Source: Raillietiella orientalis (lineage: Eukaryota). From it: DNA of 55,169 nucleotides. Shown in pieces: positions 37,276-49,837 of the stretch. The notes below the pieces were generated by a model. It was not told the origin of the DNA, did no database searches, and saw nothing but the letters and a program-made list of their open reading frames with translations. A program made the translations under genes and the position numbers. The first letter of the stretch is position 1, and each line of letters begins with the position of its first letter. The DNA is taken from positions 62,001-117,169 of the forward strand of contig JAYWIR010000115.1 of NCBI GenBank assembly GCA_036172245.1. The letters run 5' to 3'.

Positions 37276-38779
37276 GCGAGGGGTTTTATTCCATGGCAAA
37301 ATTTTGCCAGGGTCATCCATTGTTCAAGCAGTTTTCCTTCTGTTGGAGTGAATGTCGAGGTCCATTGTGGACCACCTGTCTTGGGAGATTCGAATAAGTC
37401 TGGCTCCTAACTGGCAAGTACTATGACACGAGGAGTATCATAGTACTTTATTGACACCTGGTTTTTGGGATCGAAGAGTATTTCATTTTTCTAGGTTTGA
37501 ACGAACCCGTATTGGACGAGTTCTTTGTCATGCCTGGTGAAATCTGCAACTATTATGGGCTCACCGTTGTAGAGGTGAGCGACATCCGCCTTTTTGCACG
37601 ATTGCGTGTAAACGGTTTTTTTGCGTAGGAAAAGGAACTTGCCGAAGGTTGCCTTGCCTGCGTTTCCCATTGTGTCTTTTACCTAGTAAATGTTAAGTGG
37701 ATGAGGAGACTTTCGTGGCACCTCAAGGATAGCCAGCTGCCACGAGCGTAGACGCTGTGATGCCATCGGATAGGTGAAGTTTCGTTTCGGAATATGCGGA
37801 AACATTCGTTGACGACATTGTTTCAGGAGTGAAATTTTGTATGATGTTCGATGATGTACTTCTCTGTGGCTCCAATTTTGACGAGTTGTAGTAGCTGAAA
37901 TGATAAAAAAAATAAATACCAAAGCAGTCATGTGAGGTAGCGATTACCTATTTTTCGTATGAATCTTGTGTGGGATCGTCGTTGAGTGCTCCGTATGACC
38001 AAGGCATCGGATCTTGCTTGGAACAGTACTGCAGGCTGCTTGTTGCGGATCCATTGGCTTTTTCAAGATGGCACTTGGGGAACGGTGGTCGTCGTAGTTG
38101 GGGTAGGGTTCTGGCCTCGATGAATTAGGGGTAAACCTGTAGGTGTGGCGTTCTTGAGTCTCGTGTTTCCTTAACGATGATGCCGAATGAGCAATGCAGT
38201 CTGCACCATTGCTTGATGGGAATGACGTCATCGCAGGAGTAATTGTTAAGGGTAAGGCACCAGTCTTGGAAGGCTGCATAGGGCATGTTGGAGCTTCCTT
38301 CATGGTCAACGCCGTTGGTTCCGGTGCGAACGCCCTCCACGAAGGACGGCAAGTCCACGGCGAGTGCGGCTATGGAAGGCAGCTGCTCAGCACCCTTAGG
38401 TAGACCTCGGCCGCACACCAGACTCCAGATGGGCTGTAAGATGCCTCTAGTGACTGCCGTCCAGTCCCACATCGGGTCCAGCCACACATGCCCACAATAC
38501 AAGCAGAGGGAGTTTGGGAAAATCAAATCTTCAGCCCCTGGACTCAAGGATTCGGGAGCGCCGTCTCGTATCAAGGCGCCCGCGCATGCACTCCGTGCAA
38601 GTTCACCTTCGTCGGCGAACGTTTCATCTTGTCCGAAGTGTATGAAGACGAGCTGGTCGAGGTGAAGATGCAATCCACACGAGAAAGGATATTGCACCTA
38701 GCCTGCTCCACGTTGCAGTCCTCTTTGTCGTTCCAAGGCAGCTCATCCACATAGTCCTATCGCGCACGACCCCGCCCCA

Positions 38780-39630
38780 CGAATGCCGATTCGTGACGTA
38801 ACATTAGCCAGCCCATTTGCTGCCGTGCTTCGGAGGCGACACGAGAGTCATTCGTCGACACACTCGAGAGTAGTTAACCTAGCCTGACCTACCTGATTTC
38901 ATTTCACTTGAACTGACTCGGAAGGGAACTGGAAACGTAGAATCGTCTGGCTCACTGAGTAACGTCAATGAAATTCTTTCGGGAAACTCCAATCCGTACA
39001 CCGTATAGCGTGCACCAAGTTCATGCAGACGAGCTTCCTTGTCGTAGGTATGGATTCACATACCAGTTTCATCAGAGAACCGCGTATCGCCCGTACTGGT
39101 GCTGTGCAAAGGCAATTCACGAGTAAGTCGCGCACTTGCGGATTGGAATTCAAGGAACTGGTGTTGCCTTCATCACAGAATGGGCGCACTCACCCGAAAG
39201 GAATGATGAGCACACATGTACCATGTAAATGTGAATCCTTGATGACACGAGGAACGCGTGTTTTCGATGTAGGGTCTGAGAAACTCCGTTAGCAGTGTAT
39301 AGCTTACTGACTGAGGACCCATCAGTCGATTTCTGGAACAAGGAGGGAGCACAAAAACCAATTGGATAATTAATTTCGGATGTCTTGAGGAGAACACACG
39401 AACTGCAGTTTTCTGATTGGAAAAAAGCATGCTGTTTCCTTTACTCCGCATTCCGCTCTGTATGACTTTGCAACTCACAGGCAGGAACTTTCCTTTACCC
39501 AATGCACGGCTTGAGAATCTTTTCACTGCACTGCGGTGCTTGTCTAACGTCACGACTGCAGCAGCATATCTGCTCTGCAACGATGCTTGCTGTATAGCAA
39601 CAGAGTTTTGATGCTGTTCGTAGAGGTGCA
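38780..39630 (-). repeat. Dispersed repeat, copy 2; probable decayed RLE-type non-LTR 3' end
   Basis: Homologous to 16825-17575; remnants SKGNSMLFSNQK and LSGECA resemble the R2/NeSL C-terminal region. Confidence 0.6.
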
Positions 39631-39999
39631 CAATTCTTAGTCAATTGGCTGTTGCTGACATTCAGATGCATTGGGATGCATGTTACAAGTAGTTAGAGCA
39701 AAAGTCGAAATCAATAACCTACGATTCATTTTTCTAAATGATGGGTTTGAAACGCAAAAGAGAAATCTCCGAATCTCGATTCTCCCTAAATAAAAATTTA
39801 TCAGACATGCCGACATATGTTAATCCAACGAAAAGGGGAGACACTACTTTCCAAAACTGTAATCTTTCCTCAACATGAAAGCCCTCTAATCAGTGGAAAC
39901 ATTTCGTTGTCATCTCAACCTGTTTGTGTAACTTATCCGGTAAACCAAAGAAACACAACGGCGTCAACAAGGTGGGTCTGCAAAGGAAGCAGCCTACGG

Positions 40000-40698
40000 T
40001 TCTCCATGGTGTTGCACGCCGTGGCAAGTTCTCAAGAGAGGCGCGGAACCATCTTTACCGGGTTCATGCGCCTCCACAATGCGTGCACCGTGGCGAACCC
40101 CTCCAATGAAACAACAGCGTCGCTGTCGGCGATTTTCAGTCGAAAGGCCGAGAGTTGGACCATGAACAACTGGTCAAGGGTCGAGGGGACAACCTCCTTA
40201 CCCCTTATTTTCACCGGGGTTCGGAGCAGGCGCTGAACGAGGACTGCACCCTTGCAGTGCACCTCCCAATGCCCGAGCGCGCCCACCGCCATTAAAGCCA
40301 TGAGGTCGTCCTCGCGGACCCCGAAGCGTTCCAGCTCGCTCCAGAGCTGGTCACAGGTCACGTCAGAGAACATGACACTAACCTTGTAAGACAGCGCGGT
40401 CTTGTAGCCTTGAGCTACGTATGCCAGGAGCTGTGAGTCACAGCTGGGGCGCTCCGTTAGCCGCCGCTGCTAAGACAGCGGCGGCAATACTCGGTGGAGG
40501 CGAAGGAAGAGCAGTAAAGTCTCCATTCTCCTCCGAAGAGGGAGGTGCAGGGCAGGGGGATTCCTCCACATCCATTTGAACAGGCGTAGACTTCTCTTTT
40601 TTCCGAAAATTGAACCACGCCGCAAAGGAACAACCGGAAAAAGAACTCCAAAGCCGGGGCGCAAGAATATACGTCCGACAATGAGGGAAGGTCGGTTG
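40000..40698 (-). mobile_element. Element G: 5' UTR + ORF1 N-terminus
   Basis: MDVEE...AAANGAP, GHWEVHCK, ATVHALWR homologous to B3 ORF1; GGACGTA at 40676-40670. Confidence 0.8.
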
Positions 40699-42481
40699 TT
40701 TCTCACCCGGGTGCGTCGGGAAGTTTATTACTAAACCATCCGGGAACAGAGTTACCGGATAAAGGACACAGAAGAAACGAAGGAGGGAATTCCCGACACG
40801 CAGATCTGTATACCGAAAGCCCGGAACGAGTGGTAGGGGACCACAAATACACATATAAAAAAATAGAAATAAAGATATAGGGAGGGGACAGGGGTCTTTG
40901 GTTGGCCGTTCCTTTACTTCAGAACCGGCTCAGGATGCCGATGATCTCGCTCCTAACGTCCTCCGGAAGATGGGTCCACTCGGCAGTCGAGGTCATGTTC
41001 ACGCCGGCTATTCCGGTGGCCTGAAGACAAATCACCAGCTTCTCCAGCTCTCGTTGGGCCTTGTCGATGGCGCGAGTGCAACATACCGTTGCGAAAACAG
41101 CATCTAATGACAGGCCGCCCGGCATGAAGAAGCGGCGCATCAAGTCTCTTGCGGTGTCCGCCTGATGCAGGAGAGCTGAAACCAGCCTCCACCCCAGTCC
41201 TTGGAGGGCATCGGAGTCCAAGAGCAGGTGCGGAAGCGTTTCCACTTCCCGCACCGTTTACAGTTCGAGGAGACACCTCCCCCAGAAACACGGTTCGTCC
41301 GCTGGTTGGAGTGAAAACTCCAATGCGCCAGCATTATGACGTTTTGCTTCCAAGAAAAGGGGAACACAGAAGTGTTCAAAAAGGAGGGAGGGATCACAAA
41401 TTCATCGGGGGGCACACTCAAATGTTTGCTCCATCGAAGGAGTCCCTTCGGGATGATGCGAGGCGTGGCGGCGTCTGCCAGCTCACAAGTTCTCCAGCCG
41501 CCTATGGGTCGGGTTGTTGCTGCGATGGTGCAGGGGACCTCCCACCTCTCCTATAAACAGCTGTCATCACTTGCCTTGAGGGCTGACAGCGCGTCGGCGA
41601 GGGTGTGACAGCCAGGCGAGTCTACTTCTGGCTGTTCCAGACCTCTTCCACCGTGCAGAACGGGGTGAGATTGGCGCAACGGTGTGCCAAGAGCGAAACA
41701 TCCTGCTACAGTTGCCCAGGCATGCAACGATTCCTACTTCCAGCCGTCAAAGTTCGTTGGGTGGCAGGAGATCCATGCGTGGGCGACCAGGAGACGGTGA
41801 AGAGGTTTCAAAGGTAAACGGAAGCTTCTCGCGGCGAGCTCTGTATGTGTCCGGAGCGGAAGAAGGCCATCGCTGCTGGTGCAGCGCCGGAGGAGCAAAC
41901 GCGCGGGAGAAAACCACGGAGTGGATCAAAGGTTGGCGCACAGGGCCAACATTCCAAGCTGCACCTACAGCTTGAAACTCTCCAGCGTCAGAATGCCCTA
42001 GCCGGCATCCCGAAGCGCAGCCGCCAAGTCTTTGAGGCGGATCCTGTACCTCGCGGGTTGCCACAGAGGGTTCTTCAACAGGTTTTGCGCCTGGAGCTTG
42101 GCCGAGTAGGGAAGCGTACAAACAAAAAGCAGGGACGTAATTGAGGGACAACGAAGGTGTTCCATACGGTGGTCCGCTCCGGCAGGAGGAACCTGCCAAA
42201 GTGGAACGGGCTTAAAACACTCGTAGCCTTCCGAAGGCAGTCCGAAGACGCTTCCACTATGCTGATGTTCCCCAGCGGGACGCCAAAGTATTCGAAAGAC
42301 GTAGCGGTCCGGATCTCCAGGCGGTTCCAGTCGGAGAGCCCCTCCCACGCCGCACCAACAGGAACGACTACCCTGTTGCTCCGGTTTACGCTTATTCCTG
42401 CTCCCCGGCGAATCAACACGAAGAAATCCTCGAGACTGTACGCCGGGGTGGTCATGGGTAAAGGGTTAAGCAGGTCATCGG
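40699..42481 (-). mobile_element. Family C copy C1, 5'-truncated at the RT DD motif
   Basis: DDLL, YFGVPLG, CKRCG..ETLPHL; AATAAA plus stem-loop at 40706-40729. Confidence 0.85.
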
Positions 42482-42482
42482 A

Positions 42483-43466
42483 ATTTATGAACCGGATATT
42501 CCTGGGCATTTATTCTAATTTAGTATAAAATTAGATAATCAAGTCATTCAATATTGGTTTATGTTGGGGAACACTTGGTTCTCCCACGCTCGCGTTCTTG
42601 TCGTGATCCGGTTCTGAAACCGGTGAGGTCCTCTCCCTAGGACAGTACAAGGGAAAACTGAAACAAAAAGAAACAAAACGAGAAATAACGGGTAGGGAAA
42701 CAGTAACATGGGAGGGTGAAGGGCAGGGAGGGGATCACTGAGCCCCTGGGACGGTCCTCTGCATCCTACTCAGGATGCAGACGAGTTCACCTCTTATTAT
42801 GGGTGGTAGACGCCACCTTGTCGCCATCTCCAAGGAGAGCGTAGTCCAGTGAATGGCGTCCCTGCATCTGTGGCCCCTTCTAGCGCTCCACCTTTGCAAG
42901 ATGCCTCGCACGCAGCAGAGAACTGCTAAAGACGCAGCTGGGTGCAGTCCATCACGCAGAAAGAAGCGTCTGTAGATGTCCTTAGAGTCGCCTACTGGAA
43001 GACGGAGGGCTGGGGCAAGTCGACTCCAAAGTCCTACCAGGGCGAAACACTCGAAAGTAAGGTGCGGGAGGGTTTCCCTTTCACCGCACTCGACGCATCG
43101 GGCATTCACGTACCCCAGTGTCCAGTGTGACAGGTGTGCTCTGCTTAGGAGTCCCCGATGCAGAAAGAGCAACGCCGTCTCCTGTCACTTCAACGGGAGG
43201 GTGCCGCAATAGCAACACGCTGGGGGCCACTCACTTCCTCCGGAGGTATTGCGAGCAGCTCTCCCCAGCGCACAATTCCGTGAGGGGGGTCGCTTTGGGT
43301 GCCAGCGTCCACAAGCTCACGAGTTGTCCACTCCTTTATCGGTCGTGCCCTGCCGTCAATAGTGCAGAACACTGTCCATTCCCCCTGCTCGCTGCTGTCC
43401 CTAGAGTTTACAACAAAGGGCAACACAGGGGCAAGGGGAGTAATGAGAGACCACAGAAACTGGTCG
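42483..43466 (-). mobile_element. Diverged family A copy A5, 5'-truncated
   Basis: CVECGERETLPHLTFEC (ORF 42735-43172); A-type 3' UTR; degenerate stem-loop 42491-42505. Confidence 0.85.
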
Positions 43467-45887
43467 TTTATTACCCGGTTGCGCCGGGACGTTTATTGAA
43501 AAAAAACATCTGCGAACTGTGTTCCCAGGCAAGGGAAACAAAAGATGGGGAGTAGATTCCCCGGCACGCAAGCCGGGCACACTGAGAGTTCGTAACGGGA
43601 AGGAGGGAACAATAAATAAATAAATTGGGTGGGAGGGTGGGGATAGGGGTCTATAGGCCAGCCGTTCCTATTCTCAGAACCGGCGGTGAATGCCGCCGAT
43701 CTCCGTCCTCACTTCTGCTCATAAGTGTGGCCACCCGGCAGCCATTTCCAGGTTTCAGGCTGCTGTGTCGGGGACCGATGTTGGGACTGCTCGCATCTGT
43801 AATACGCGGTGGGCCCTGACAATGGTGCGGACGCAGCAGATGATTGCGACCACCGCTCCAAGAGAAAGACCGCCACGCGTGTAGAAGCGGCGCATCCAAT
43901 CGATTGCGGTGTCTCCGGGGTGCAGGAGCGCTGAAGACAGCCGCCGCCACAGCTCCTGGAGGGCACCGCATTCAAACAGCAAATGCGGAAGCGATTCCAC
44001 CGCTCCGCATTTGGCACAGTTCGGGGACGCAACTTACCCGGAAACCAGGTGCGCGTGCTGGTTGAAGAACAAACCCCAATGCACCAGCAGAAAAGCGTCC
44101 TGTTTCCACCGAAGGGGGAAGACAGTCGCGTCCAAACACACAGAAGGGACCACAAATTAATTGGTGGGCACCCCGAGGAGCTTACTCCACCGGGGAAGTC
44201 CCTTGGCACGAAGGCAAGGCGTGGCAGCGTCTGCCAGCTCGAAAGTCCTCCAGCCGCCCAGCAGTCGGGTTTCGCCCACACTTTGCAGGCGACCTCCCAC
44301 CTCGCCGGTAGGTCACTGTCGTCTCGAATCATCAGTGCAGACAGTGCTTCGGCGAGGGGCGTAGCGGCTAGGCGTATCCACTGGTCCTGGTCTTCAAGCA
44401 CCTCCCCCACTGGACAGTATGGGGAAAGGTTCACGCAACGGAGTTCCAAACGGGAAACATTCTGTTGCGCCGCCCAGGACGATAAGGCTTCCTGCCTCCA
44501 GGCGTTGAAGTTCGTCGGCCGGCAGGAGATCCACTCATGCTTTCCCAGAAGCGTGGCGAGCTGCTTCAAAGGGAAGCCGAATCCTCTCTGGGCGCGCTCC
44601 GTGCGCAGATGCAACGAACGTAGTCCGTCGCCACCCGTGCTGCGCCGCAGCAGCAGCCGCGCTAAAGCACACCAGGGAGTAGTCCAGAGCTGCGCACAAA
44701 GTGCCAGCATGCGGAACTGCACTAGCAGTCCGATCCACTCCAGCGTCAGGATGCCCAATCCTGCATCCCGCCGAGGAGCCGCCGAGTCCTTCAGGCGCAT
44801 CCTTGACCTCGCCGGTCCCCAGAGGGCGTTACGCAACAGGCGTTGCGCCCGGCGCTTAGCCGAGTAGGGAGGGGGACAAACAAAAAAGAGAGGACGGAGG
44901 AGGGAGGCAACGAAAATGTTCCACAGAAAGGCCCGTTCCGACAGGAGAAACCTGCCGCCTTGGAGCGGGCCCAGAGCAGTCTCGGCCTTGTGAAGGCAGT
45001 CCGACCACGCTTCTGCTGGACAGAAGGCGCCCAAGGAAACGCCGAGGTACTTCAAGCACCTGCCCGTGGGGATCCCCAGGCGGATCCAGTCCGACTGCCC
45101 CAACCGGTACAACGGTTGATTTCCTCCTGTTGACGATCAGGCCCGCCCCCCGACGAATGAGCTCGAAGAAGTCCTCGAGCCTGGACGCCAGGGTGGACAT
45201 GGGCAGCAGCAGGAGAAGGTCGTCAGCATAGGCGGCCACGGCCGGAGTTCCCGGAAAGGAGCTCGGCAGGTTAGCCAGCGTTAGCCTGTACGCCCTCAGC
45301 ACTAACTCAAAGAGGATGCTGAGGAGCAAGGGGCATAAGCCGTCTCCCTGCCTGATACCCCGCCGTATGGGAACACCGTACACGTGACGCCCGCTGAAAG
45401 AGATACAGCATAACGCGTAACGCCAGCAGGAGCGCAAGTAGGCGATGAGGTGCGTCGGGAGGCCTAGGCGTTTTAGAAGCTCCAGGAGGAGGTCCTGGTT
45501 CACGCTTTCGAACGCTTTGCAGAGATCGACGGCGACCGCTAAGGCTCCCGGCGTTCCATCGTGCCTTGAACACGGATGCTTTCCTTTGGCAGCAGCGATT
45601 TCGGCTGCCTGGCTCTGCTGCGCCACGCGCTGCTGCAACTCGATCCATGTTCGCACGAAGAAGAGATTCGCTTCCATGGACCGCCCCGGAACAGCATACG
45701 TCTGCTCTGGACTTACCAGAGACTCCGCGATTCTCTCCAGCCGAACGACCCACAGTTTGGAGAACAACTTGACGTCCGAATTCACCAAGGTGATCGGACG
45801 CCAGTTGCTTAATTGGCGCATGTCTCCGCCTTTCGGCAAGAGACGCACCCCTGCTGAGCGGAAAGAAGAGGGAACATCTCCCGTCTC
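43467..45887 (-). mobile_element. Family D copy D1, 5'-truncated (RT + CCHC + 3' UTR)
   Basis: ORF 44856-45848 with NWRPITLVNSD, GIRQGD, YADD; CAKCGAVESLPHLLFEC; stem-loop 43474-43488. Confidence 0.88.
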
Positions 45888-47000
45888 CCCTTCAGCGCCT
45901 GTCGCGTACGGACCTGCTTTTGCGTCGCTCCGCGGTAGGCTGACTCTTGTGTGTTTTTGTTCTGCTGTGCTTCTGTTCTGCAGTTCTTCTGTTCTGCAAT
46001 GGGAGCAAAGAATAACATCAGCCGCAAGAAGAGAACGGTAGCTGCTCCTGAGATGGCGGTTTTGGCTGCTAGCAAGGAGCCACTGTCCTCGCCGACGGCG
46101 AGGACGTTCGCCCAGGTCGCTGCCCTCGCGGCTACAATGGGACCTTCGTTCAACAGCCCTGAGCTGCAGGCGTAGTTAGCAAATGGCTACACGCCTGCAC
46201 TCAAGTATAAGGTAAGTTTGCTTATGCCTGAGCGGATTGGGTGCGACTTTGGCCAGGAACTCCAACGGATTGCAGTTCAAAAAAGACAGATGGAGTCCAT
46301 GATGCCCATGAGTGGGTGCGGCTACTGGGAGGTGTCCTGTAAGGACGCTCTGCTTACGCAGCGTTTGCTGCATACGCCGCTGCTCATTCCTGGGCAGGAA
46401 ATACTCCCCACCACTGCGGATCAGTCGTTCGTTGTCCGGCTGAGTGGAGTGAGCAAGGGCCTTTCAGACCGCCAGGTCATGGAGGCCCTTGAAAAATTCG
46501 CCTCCGTTCACGCGCTTTGGAGGTTGTCAAACCCTGCTGAGGGTTTCGAAGACCATCACAGCGAGGTCGCCTAAGTGCTAGTGACGATGGCGGATCGCCG
46601 GCCAATGCCCACGCGATTGCAGGTGGATGAAATGACCATCCGCCTGTGGTTTGCGGGGCAAACGCTTGTGTGCGCAGAATGCGGGCAGGAGGGTCACCGC
46701 CTTACCAAGTGTCCGTCGGCCGCTTACCGTTACTGCCACGAGACCCGGCACACAAAAGAAACGTGCCCGGAGCTCCTTTTGAAAAACGAAAAGCGAAAGA
46801 ACGAAGCGCGTATCGCATCGCCAAATAAACTCCGCAAATCCAGGGAAAACAACCTCAAAACTTCGGAGAGCGTTGGGAAAATCGCGAGCGCGCATGCGCA
46901 GAATACTCTTCCTCCCCTCCACAAAAAAGGGGAGAAAAACATAAAGAAACGCGTAACGGCGAAGCCTCAGGCTACCGAGCCGACGGAAGCTCGCGAACAA
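45888..47000 (+). mobile_element. Element E1: 5' UTR + ORF1 with zinc knuckles (disrupted)
   Basis: GYWEVSCK, SVHALWR, CAECGQEGHRLTKC; in-frame stops at 46175 and 46574. Confidence 0.8.
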
Positions 47001-47520
47001 TGCGACCCCTTCCCGAGACCTCGGTGGGGACGGACGTGTTTTTCCTTCGCTCCCGAGAGAGTCGAATGGAAGGCGCTTTTTTTCTTGGTGCGTTTTGTGT
47101 GGAACATCGTTGGTGTCCGATTGCATCCTTGACTCAGGACACAACGATGGAGGTAGGAGTGGGGAGGCTTGCCCAGCCCCACAGCCTACTTCATAAGGGG
47201 TATCATCCCAGGAATCGCTCTCTTTGCCCAAGGTGAGGAGCTGGAGCGCCATGGTGTCCGCACCTAGAGCGGAAGCCATGGCCGAGATTGAAGCCTACAA
47301 GGCAGCGGGATATAAGCCCTCGCTGATATACCAGGTAGGCAACCTTTTAATGGGCGAACTGCACGCGCATTTACGAAGGCGCTGCAGAACGCCAATATTT
47401 TGGAGAAGGATCTTGACGGCCTCTCCGTGCTTAGCTGGTGTCAGCGCGTCGAGGCCGTCTGTAAAGACATTAGCTTGACGCAAAGTCTGATCACCACCGT
47501 GCTGAACATGGACGGGCGCA
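47001..47520 (+). mobile_element. Element E2: 5' UTR + ORF1 N-terminus
   Basis: GGACGTG at 47032; RSWSAMV...EIEAYKAAGYKPSLIYQV homologous to B3 ELQAHAAHGYKPALCYPV. Confidence 0.65.
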
Positions 47521-49835
47521 AGAAACCAGCCTCCACCCCAGTCCTTGGAGGATATAGGAGTACAATAGCAGGTACGGAAGCGTTTCCACTTCCCGCACCG
47601 TTTACAGTTCGAGGAGACACCTCCCCCAGAAACACGGTTCGTCCGCTGGTTCGAGTAAAAACTCCAATGCACCACTTTATGACGTCCTGCTTCTACGAAA
47701 GGGGGAACACAGAAGTGTTCAAACAGGAGGAAGGGACCACAAGTTCTTCGGGGGGAACACTCAAGTGTTCACTCCACCGAAGGAGTCCCTTCGAGATGTG
47801 GCGAGGCGTGGCGGCGTCTGCCAGCTGACAAGTTCTCCAGCCGCCTATGGGTCGTGTTGTTGCTGCGATGGTTCAAGCGAATCCCCCATCTTGTCGGTTC
47901 GCAGCTGTCATCTTTTGCCCTGAAAGCTGACAGCGCTTCGACGAGGGGCGTGACGGCCAGGCGAGTCCACTAATCCTGGCTGTTGCACACCTCGTCCAAC
48001 TTGCAGTACAGGGAGAGGTGAGCGCAACGAAGTTCCAGGAGGGAAACATCCTGGTGCTTTGCCCAGCCATGTAACGGTTCCTGCCGCCAGGCTTGAAAGT
48101 TCGTTGGGTTGCAGGAGATCCATTCCTGGGCTGCCAGTAGCCGCTAGAGCGGTTTCCAAGGGAAACCGAAACTTGTCGTGGGGATCTCCGTGTGCGGACG
48201 CAACAATAGAAGTCCATCACTGCCTGTGCAGCGCCGCAAAAGAAGGCGCGCGGGAGCGCACCACGGAGTGGACTAAAGGTTGGTGCACAGGGCCAACATC
48301 CGAAGCTGCATCTGCTACCCGATTCTCTCCATCGTCAGGATGCCTAATCCAGCATCCCGACGCAGAGCCGTCAAGTGTTTTAAGCAGATCCTGGACCTCG
48401 CAGGTCCCCACAGAGCGTTCCTCAACAGGCTGTGCGCCTGTAGCTTGGCCGAGATTGGGGGCGGGCAAACAAAAAGCAGGGACGCAAGTGGGAGGCAGCG
48501 AAAGTGTTCCATATAGTGGCCCGCTCCGTCAGGACGAACCTGCCATGGTGGAACGGGCTCAGGGCATTCGAAGCCTTCCGAAGGCAGTCCCACCACACTT
48601 CCAGTGGGCTGATGTTCCCCAGCGGAACGCCCAGATATTGCATGGAGGAAGCGGTCGGGATCCCCAGGCGGATCCAGTCGGACTGCCCCTCCCATGCCGC
48701 ACCAATAGGTACGACCACGCTCTTGCTTCGGTTTACACTCATGTCCGCTCCCCGGCGAATCAGCTGGAAGAAATTTTCGAGACTGGACGCCGGGGCGGTC
48801 ATGGTTAAAGAAGAAGCAGATCGTCAGCATCGGTCGCCACGGACGGCGTCCCTGAGCAAAAGCTCGGCAGGTTGGCCAGCGTCAGCCTCTATGCCCAAAG
48901 CACCAACTCAAAGAAGATGCTGAAGAGTAACGGGCTTATGCTGTCGCCCTGCCACATGCCCCGCCGCATTGGCACGCCGTACACGTGGCATTCGCTGAAA
49001 GAGATGGAAATGAGCGCCTGGCGCCAGCAAGCCCGCAAATACGCCACGAGGTGCACCGGGAGACCGAGGCGTTCCACGAGCTCCAGCAGGAGATCCTAAT
49101 TTACGCAGTCGGCAGCCTTGCTTGCTCCAGGGTGGACGTGTTTTCTCGGATCTGCAGAGATCACGTGGATCTCCTGCAGCAGCGCAAGGTCATAGCACTC
49201 CAGAAGGGAGGCCATGTCTCGTCTCCAGCCGGCGTCTGTCATGCCGTTCACGTTCCAAACGGCGATGCGCAGACGACGGCGGGAGGAGATTCCCGGCATT
49301 ACTGCTGGGAAGACTAAGGTGTGGGGGAGCCCGCCTCTTGCATGGCGGGCGAGATGTCCATGGGTGTTTCGGCCTTCTCAGGCACCTGCGGCACCTGTTC
49401 GGCCTCCTCCCCCTCCATCCCCTCCGTGTCCGTGTGTGGGAATCTCTCGGGCGACGGGTAACGAGAGTTTCCCACGCTCAAGGCACCCTCGCTTGCGGAA
49501 GCCATCTCTTCTCCTTCCACGGGGGATACGAGCTTCCTTGGATTTGTGGACTTACGTGCAGCCTTCTTGCGGGGTGCCGTGGAAACGGAGGCTGCGCTTC
49601 TGGTCTCCACCTCGGGATCGGAAGTGGGTGACTTCTGAGGGGAAGTGGGACGCCTTACGGCCTTCTTGCCAGCCTTCGAGGTTTCTAGCTGCAACCAGGC
49701 AGCAAGCTCCTCCGCGGCTCGCACGAAGGCTACGTCATTGATGGTGGTGTCGATGACAGACGCCGCCGCCGGCTCGCTCCCCTCGCTGTTGACAGAGTCA
49801 ACAGAGGGGTTGTCGTCGGTAGCGACGTGTTCTTT
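47521..49835 (-). mobile_element. Family C copy C2 (ORF1 tail, APE N-terminus, internal deletion, RT C-half, CCHC; both ends missing)
   Basis: IAVWNVNG..QEIHVISAD joined near 49145 to KAADCVN/ELVERLG; 47521-48800 collinear with C1. Confidence 0.85.
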
Positions 49836-49837
49836 TT

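Noticed and set aside
43983..44867. Long antisense ORFs over retroelement ORFs (also 2441-3091, 50694-51350, 51375-52238)
   Set aside because: Shadow frames of GC-rich coding sequence; no motifs.
49130..49160. Third B insertion at the APE target in C2
   Set aside because: The break is about 14 nt from the site and has no B 3' end; it looks like an internal deletion to RT.
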